DNA from: Deinococcota bacterium
GTDB taxonomy: Bacteria > Deinococcota > Deinococci > Deinococcales > Thermaceae
Assembly (NCBI GenBank): GCA_041695225.1
Contig: JBGFRI010000038.1
Coordinates: 24,307 to 88,306, forward strand
Direction: 5' to 3'
DNA: 64,000 bases
The notes beneath the pieces were generated by a model, which did no database searches, was not told where the DNA came from, and saw nothing but the letters and a program-made list of their open reading frames with translations. Below are positions 58,768 to 64,000 of the stretch, one piece after another; position 1 is the stretch's first letter, and the number at the start of each line of letters is the position of its first letter. The position numbers and the translations under genes are program-made.

Positions 58768-59733
58768 ATGGAGACGCTGTTCAGTCTTTTTCTGCTCGCA
58801 GTTGGCATCGTTTTACTCTATTTTGGGGGAGAGTGGCTGGTACGCAATTCGGTAATCCTGGCCCGCAGCTGGGGGGTCAGCGCCATGGTGGTGGGTCTGA
58901 CCGTGGTAGCCTTTGGCACCAGCAGCCCCGAGCTGGCGGCTAGCCTTTCCGCTGCTCTTATGGGCAGCCCCGCGATTGCCATTGGCAACGTGGTGGGCTC
59001 CAACATCTTTAACATCCTGGTAATTCTCGGCCTTACCGCCGTGATTGCCCCCATTGCTGTGCAGTCGGGCTTCATCAAACGTGAAGTGCCCTTCATGATC
59101 GGGGTAACCTTGCTGCTATTCCCCATCCTGTATTTCGGCAACGATGTAAACCGCCTGGAAGGGCTGTTGCTGTTTTCCTTGCTGATAGGGTATGTGGTCT
59201 TTTTGTTCCGCTTTGGCCAGAGCGAGTCAGCCGCGGTGGAGGCCGAGTACGATGAAGAGTTTGGGGATGGTTCCCGACCAAAAGCTGGCTGGCGCGCTTA
59301 CTTTGGTGTGGTGGTGGGGCTGGTATTGCTGGGGGTGGGGGCCCGCCTGCTGGTGATGGGGGCAGTGGATTTGGCCAGGGGTTTTGGGGTCTCTGAGCTG
59401 GTTATTGGCCTGACCATTGTGGCCGCTGGAACCAGCCTGCCCGAGGTTGCAGCTTCAATTGTGGCTGCCATCAGACGCCACCCCGATATTGCGCTGGGCA
59501 ATATCGTGGGCTCGAATATCTTCAACATCCTTTCAATTCTGGGTATTGTTGCGCTGGTTCACCCCATTGGCCTGCCCTGGGAAACCATCCAGCGCGACAT
59601 GCTGGTAATGCTGGCGGCCAGCCTTATACTCTGGCCCTTCCTGACCACCGGCTCGAGGCTAGGTCGAAGCGAGGGAGGTTTTTTCCTGCTGGCATATATC
59701 GCCTACGTAGCTTATCTGATTATCAGTGCCTGA
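58768..59733 (+). CDS. Ca2+/Na+ antiporter (YrbG/CaCA family)
   Basis: Two alpha repeats GTS.PE and GN.VGSNIFN. Confidence 0.93.
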   Translation: METLFSLFLLAVGIVLLYFGGEWLVRNSVILARSWGVSAMVVGLTVVAFGTSSPELAASLSAALMGSPAIAIGNVVGSNIFNILVILGLTAVIAPIAVQSGFIKREVPFMIGVTLLLFPILYFGNDVNRLEGLLLFSLLIGYVVFLFRFGQSESAAVEAEYDEEFGDGSRPKAGWRAYFGVVVGLVLLGVGARLLVMGAVDLARGFGVSELVIGLTIVAAGTSLPEVAASIVAAIRRHPDIALGNIVGSNIFNILSILGIVALVHPIGLPWETIQRDMLVMLAASLILWPFLTTGSRLGRSEGGFFLLAYIAYVAYLIISA

Positions 59734-59779
59734 ACTGCCCCCTGGCCCCCACACTCCTTGCTAGGAGGCCCTTAGGCTT

Positions 59780-60120
59780 ACGAAGCAATCCAGGCGGTAC
59801 ACACGCAACTTGACCGACGATGGTGATCTGGATTGCTTCCCCTTCGGCCGCGCCTCAGGCACCGCCCTGCCTGCCCTGAGCAGGGTCGAAGGGAGCCTGT
59901 CGAAGGGGCCTGTCCTGAGCCTGTTGAAGGATCGCAATGACGAAAATGTACGTTCGTGTCGTCATTGCGAGGAGGCCAGGGGCCGACGAAGCAATCCAGG
60001 AAAGCTCGTAACGCATACGCCGGCGGGGTGATCTGGATTGCTTCCCCTTCGGCTTCGCCTCAGGGCCTGTCCTGAGCCTGTCGAAGGATCGCAATGACGA
60101 AGCGGCCCTTGTCATTGCCT
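59780..60120. repeat. Tandem cluster of palindromic repeats
   Basis: gaagcaatccagg...tctggattgcttc, cctgagcctgtcgaagg and tcgcaatgacg...cgtcattgcga modules. Confidence 0.88.
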
Positions 60121-60154
60121 ATAGGCCCAGGCCAATCGTGGTAGGGACGTAGGG

Positions 60155-60751
60155 TCAGAACCGCAAATCTATGTCCAGCGGCGCCTGGGCTCTGCGCCGG
60201 GCATCCAGGGCGCCGCCCAGAATGGTCAGCATAACTCCCAGCATCAAATACACATCCCCAATGCTGATCACGTTGCGATACTCCCACACCCGCACCGGGA
60301 TCACATCGGCCAGAAACCACAGCCGGCTGGTCTCGGTCATAAGGGTGTGTATGGCGTTGTACTGCTCTTGCAGGCGGGGAATGATAGACTCCATTCCCAC
60401 CTGGTACAGCGCGGCGGCATGGACGGGCATGTGCCCCTGGTTGGCAAAAATTACCAGCGCGTTAGAGGCCAGGCCCAGCCAGACAAACCACAGCCCGCGC
60501 AGGTGGCTGTTGACCCACAGCCCATAGCCCACCAGCCCCAGCACCAGGGCTTTGGCAACGGGGCCTGCAATTCCGGGCGCCACCAGGCCCTGCGACGTGG
60601 CAATGGCCAGCCCGCCTTCCAGCAGGGCCGCCCCTATGAACGCCCAGACTGCTTTGAGCTCGATACTGGCGAGGTCGCGGAGGCTGGCCCGGAGCGCGAG
60701 GGCGAGGACAATCCCGACAATGGCACTGGCGAGGTATAGCGTCGTAAGAAT
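60155..60751 (-). CDS. DUF5317-like membrane protein (start uncertain)
   Basis: G...N..VI.AN.G.MPV, H......T...L..LADVIP and VISIGD...G motifs; multiple TM segments. Confidence 0.75.
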   Translation of the reverse strand: MLTTLYLASAIVGIVLALALRASLRDLASIELKAVWAFIGAALLEGGLAIATSQGLVAPGIAGPVAKALVLGLVGYGLWVNSHLRGLWFVWLGLASNALVIFANQGHMPVHAAALYQVGMESIIPRLQEQYNAIHTLMTETSRLWFLADVIPVRVWEYRNVISIGDVYLMLGVMLTILGGALDARRRAQAPLDIDLRF

Positions 60752-62043
60752 TCCTCCCGGTCTTTCCAGATGAGGTCTTCGAGCCACACTTCCTCGAAGA
60801 GCCGCACCACCTGCGGGTCGAACTGCTTGCCCGCATGCATGATTATCTCATTTAGCGCCTCTTCTGGCGACTTGGCCTTGGCATAGGCGCGCCCTGCGGT
60901 CATGGCCTCGTAGGCGTCGGCCAGCGTGACCACCCTGGCCCACTGCGGTATGGCCTCAGCCTTCAGACCGTCTGGGTAGCCCGTTCCGTCCCAACGCTCG
61001 TGATGATTCCTTATAACCCCCTGCACATCTTTGGACAGGCGCTGGCGCATGGGATAAAGCAGATCCAGCCCCTTGGCCGGGTGGCTTTTGATCAGGGCAA
61101 ACTCCTTGGCAGTCAGCTCGCCCCCCTTCAGCAAAACCGAGTCGGGAATGGCCACCTTGCCAATATCGTGAATGCGGGCGGCATAGGTAATACGCTTCTG
61201 ATCTTGCTCGTCCAGACCAATCTTTTGCGCAATGCTGTTAGATATGGCCGCCACCCGCTCGGAGTGCAGCCGGGTAAAGGGGTCTTTGGCATCCAGCGCC
61301 GATACCAGCACCTCGATGGTATTGTCGAAAGACTCCTCCATCTTTACCTTTTCGTCCCAGTAATAGCGCGAGAAATAGAGCAGCAGCATCATAAACAGCA
61401 CCGTAAACCCACCCCAGCCCCCAATAAGCGGAACTTGATACGCCTTGGCCAGCAACAACCCCACCGGCGCCTGCACCAGGTAACTTACCCAGAGCCAGCC
61501 ATAGTTTTCAAACCAGATTTTACGAACGCTGACCCCGCTGGAAAGGTGGATAACGTAGACCACACTGGCGATATTCACAATAAAAAACGCCGCCGCGGCT
61601 GCAAGTGTGCCAGCAGCCTCCAGGGCGTAAGGGTGAAAGCCAGCCTGAGACTGCACCAGCCACCAGGCCCAGCCCGCAACCCCAGTGGCGACTGCCACCT
61701 GAGTTCGGTTGAACAGGTCTTTGTACCAGGGGTACTCCGGCCTACCGGAATCCTTGTCGAAATTGGCCGCAAAAACCAGGGTGGTCGCTAGCCAGGCCGG
61801 GAAAAGTACTATTGCGGCTAGGGCCACCACAAAGGTGTGTGAGATAGAGGCCTGGAAGGGTAGCTTTACCTTGGCCCGGTTGGCTACAAGGATCAGCAGG
61901 GCCCAGAAAAGAATATCCAACCAGTTTACTTGCCTGGTATCCGGCAGAGCAGACAAAGCCAGGGTCAGGGCCAGCAGAGCCCCAAAGAGCCCCAGGATGT
62001 ATAGCAGTACTCTGGTGGGAGGAAGCGAACGCCGGGAAGCCAC
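60634..62043 (-). CDS. Membrane-sensor HD-GYP cyclic-dinucleotide phosphodiesterase
   Basis: About 225-aa multi-TM N-terminus, then DAKDPFT..HSERVA, HDIGK, HHERWDGTGYPDGL and ADAYEAMT. Confidence 0.92.
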   Translation of the reverse strand: MASRRSLPPTRVLLYILGLFGALLALTLALSALPDTRQVNWLDILFWALLILVANRAKVKLPFQASISHTFVVALAAIVLFPAWLATTLVFAANFDKDSGRPEYPWYKDLFNRTQVAVATGVAGWAWWLVQSQAGFHPYALEAAGTLAAAAAFFIVNIASVVYVIHLSSGVSVRKIWFENYGWLWVSYLVQAPVGLLLAKAYQVPLIGGWGGFTVLFMMLLLYFSRYYWDEKVKMEESFDNTIEVLVSALDAKDPFTRLHSERVAAISNSIAQKIGLDEQDQKRITYAARIHDIGKVAIPDSVLLKGGELTAKEFALIKSHPAKGLDLLYPMRQRLSKDVQGVIRNHHERWDGTGYPDGLKAEAIPQWARVVTLADAYEAMTAGRAYAKAKSPEEALNEIIMHAGKQFDPQVVRLFEEVWLEDLIWKDREEFLRRYTSPVPLSGLSSPSRSGPASATSPVSSSKQSGRS

Positions 62044-62061
62044 CCGCTAAGTCTAGGGTAT

Positions 62062-62102
62062 AAATAATAAAGAGCGGGTACGGATATCACACCCTTACCC
62101 GC
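62062..62102 (-). terminator. Intrinsic terminator-like hairpin between the peptide ORF and HD-GYP
   Basis: Minus strand GCGGGTA...TACCCGC followed by TCTTTATTATTT. Confidence 0.6.
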
Positions 62103-62117
62103 ACTGTAGTTATTTTG

Positions 62118-62207
62118 TTAGTTCCAATGAGTAGCAGCGCCAGCGGCCATAGCCAGGGCAACCAGAGCGGAGATCAGCGTTACGATTTTCAGGGTGACTT
62201 TTTTCAT
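62118..62207 (-). CDS. 29-aa signal-peptide-like precursor MKKVTLKIVTLISALVALAMAAGAATHWN
   Basis: AAGGAG RBS 6 nt upstream of ATG; basic n-region, hydrophobic h-region, AxA site, TAA stop, followed by a hairpin. Below the ORF track size cutoff. Confidence 0.75.
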   Translation of the reverse strand: MKKVTLKIVTLISALVALAMAAGAATHWN

Positions 62208-62744
62208 GATTATCTCCTTGTAGATGGTTTTGGAGCGCTAGTGGTATCTGCGTTCCTTTCCTTGGGAGAGACAATAACCCACTCCGCCCTGCTGGGTCAA
62301 GCCACAGCACGACTAGCTGCACTCGGTTTATAATGTGCTACCGATTACAATGCGGCTCAATTTTCACCGTCTACACCACGGTAGACGACCTTTAGTCTAC
62401 GCGGCGGAGTGTGGGGCGTGTGTGATATTTGCACCAGAATTTGGGCTTTTGCGTTACTTGAGCAAGACCCAGAGCACCCGGTATTGCGGGGGCAAGGGGT
62501 GGCCAGCGCATCTGCGGCGCGTTTTGACGCCGCGTCATAGCGGCAGTAATGGGCACGTCGGGCACGTCGTCATTGCGATCCTTGCCAGGTAAATCCCCCC
62601 GGCCTGCGGCCACCCCCTTGTTAAGGGGGGAAGGCACGGTTTGCCCCCCTTAATAAGGGGGGGTAGGGGGGGATCATGGGAACCCCACCCTACCGCCCAA
62701 CTCCGTTGACATGCGCGCCTGGCTCGGTGCCGGCCGATTCGACA

Positions 62745-62880
62745 CCCATTCGGCAGGCTCAGGGCAGGCTCTGAGATGTAGCAGAAGGGTAGGCAATCCA
62801 GATCACCCCTGTGGCTAGTGGGCCTAAGAGCCTCTCCCAGATTGCTTCGTCGGCCTGCGGCCTCCTCGCCGTGACGAAAG
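62745..62880 (+). repeat. Palindromic repeat, left direct copy
   Basis: Aligns over about 130 bp with 63765-63893. Confidence 0.85.
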
Positions 62881-62931
62881 GGGGCCGTTGACCTCGTCGT
62901 GGTGAACTGCCGGTGTAGCATCGTCGGAGTT

Positions 62932-63531
62932 ATGCTGGAACAGGAACAACCGATCAGTCAATTCGAGTACGAGCGAGCCCAGGCAGGGGTGCATTTTGGT
63001 CAGTGGAGGGCCGCGCCAGAGGCCAACCGCAGAACTGTTCTACGAGGATTAGGCCGGGCCGGGCTGCTGGATTGGTTGAAGGACAACCCCCTTGGGGATA
63101 TCTCGGTCGTTCGAAGCCTGCGTGACGAGTTCGGTCCTTTCCACGGGGTGTACGACCCAATTAGCGCAAACATTTGGCTGAGCCTCGAGCGTCCCGACAT
63201 CAAGCAACCGTTGGTTTGGGGCGAGATTGGTACTGTTTCGGCAATCAGAAACAACCCTAACGCCGCAGCGCAGGTTTCGCTGGTTCACGAGACCAGCCAC
63301 CACATCCTGACTATACTTGAGCGGCTGATGGGCGTCCCGCTCGAAGACAGGATAAGGGTGGTCTGGAACCGGGCCAACTACGTTTCGGGTCGGGCAGGTG
63401 TGAACTGGAAGGAGTACTTCTGTGAGACCCATTGTGCCTATGTCTACCTGCGAGATAAATTGCAGGCGCAAGACCCCGTAGGTTATAATCTGATTAATGA
63501 GATACGGCGGATGATCGGCGCAAAGGACTGA
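62932..63531 (+). CDS. Zincin-like (HExxH) metallopeptidase-fold protein
   Basis: G.Y, LVHETSHH, and YVS..A..N.KEYFCE (candidate third ligand Glu). Confidence 0.6.
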   Translation: MLEQEQPISQFEYERAQAGVHFGQWRAAPEANRRTVLRGLGRAGLLDWLKDNPLGDISVVRSLRDEFGPFHGVYDPISANIWLSLERPDIKQPLVWGEIGTVSAIRNNPNAAAQVSLVHETSHHILTILERLMGVPLEDRIRVVWNRANYVSGRAGVNWKEYFCETHCAYVYLRDKLQAQDPVGYNLINEIRRMIGAKD

Positions 63532-63532
63532 T

Positions 63533-63751
63533 ATGGCTAGTACCCTGACCAAAACCAACTGGACCCGTATGCGACAGCTTGCCGCAGAGGTCGAGCAACT
63601 CAAGGCCTCGGGCCGGTGGACCATTGAAGAGTACCGTCGGATCAACCGTGAAGCTGTGGCTGCGGGTGGCGACGCTCCCGGCGCCCGCGACTGGCTGCTG
63701 CAGGAGGCCGACCCCGCCTGGCGGGACCAATTAGTGCATACCGTGCAATAA
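63533..63751 (+). CDS. Small protein, coupled to the HExxH gene
   Basis: ATG 1 nt after the upstream stop; 72 aa. Confidence 0.6.
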   Translation: MASTLTKTNWTRMRQLAAEVEQLKASGRWTIEEYRRINREAVAAGGDAPGARDWLLQEADPAWRDQLVHTVQ

Positions 63752-63764
63752 TCCAGGCCATACA

Positions 63765-63912
63765 ACCCCTTCGACAAGCTCAGGGCAGGTTCTGAGACGT
63801 AGCAGAAGGGGAGACAATCCAGATCACCTCGGCGGCCAATGGGCTTAAGAGCGCTCCTGGCTTGCTTCGTCGGCCTCTGGCCTCCTCGCAATGAACCTAG
63901 TATGTCAAGTAG
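63765..63912 (+). repeat. Palindromic repeat, right direct copy
   Basis: cttcgacaagctcagggcagg..ctgaga.gtagcagaaggg...caatccagatcacc...ttgcttcgtcggcct..ggcctcctcgc. Confidence 0.85.
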
Positions 63913-64000
63913 GCCCACCAGCCATAGCCTTCAAGACCCGGTAGACCTCCCGAGCCAGATAAGTCTTGAGCAGGCGCAGAGCCTCCCGTGAGGTTTTCCC

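Noticed and set aside
62110..62322. 70-aa ORF from the track overlapping the peptide gene
   Set aside because: A different frame with no clear RBS or protein-like features; the 29-aa frame has an RBS and signal-peptide structure.
63049..63918. 289-aa minus-strand ORF
   Set aside because: Begins inside a repeat element and is antisense to a coupled two-gene unit.

Overview
A 64-kb, GC-rich chromosomal segment from a Deinococcota bacterium. Gene content points to Meiothermus or a close relative: LonC-type protease, caa3 oxidase, litR/carH-ldrP-crtB and a Deinococcus-type crtO. All gene calls come from recognising motifs by eye, not from database searches. Housekeeping content: carotenoid genes, a caa3 oxidase/heme A operon, amn, ddl, mutM, glgA/glgC, ugpBAE, mnmA, nucleoside hydrolase-ribokinase, tetR-carD, purA, nrtR-nadM, GSIII, a Ca/Na antiporter, tRNA-Lys and tRNA-Val. 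Intergenic spaces are packed with heptamer tandem arrays and palindromic repeats, some inserted in frame into genes. Main candidates for a second look: (1) an unannotated 29-aa signal-peptide-like ORF (ending AGA-ATHWN) upstream of a membrane-sensor HD-GYP phosphodiesterase and a DUF5317-like membrane protein, a possible peptide-signalling system; (2) a decayed integron next to tRNA-Val, with a truncated intI, attC-like sites, cassettes and inactivated toxin genes; (3) a ~146-nt structured RNA candidate; (4) a CarH-type operator in front of a methyltransferase-crtB operon; (5) a repeat-flanked HExxH/small-protein pair.
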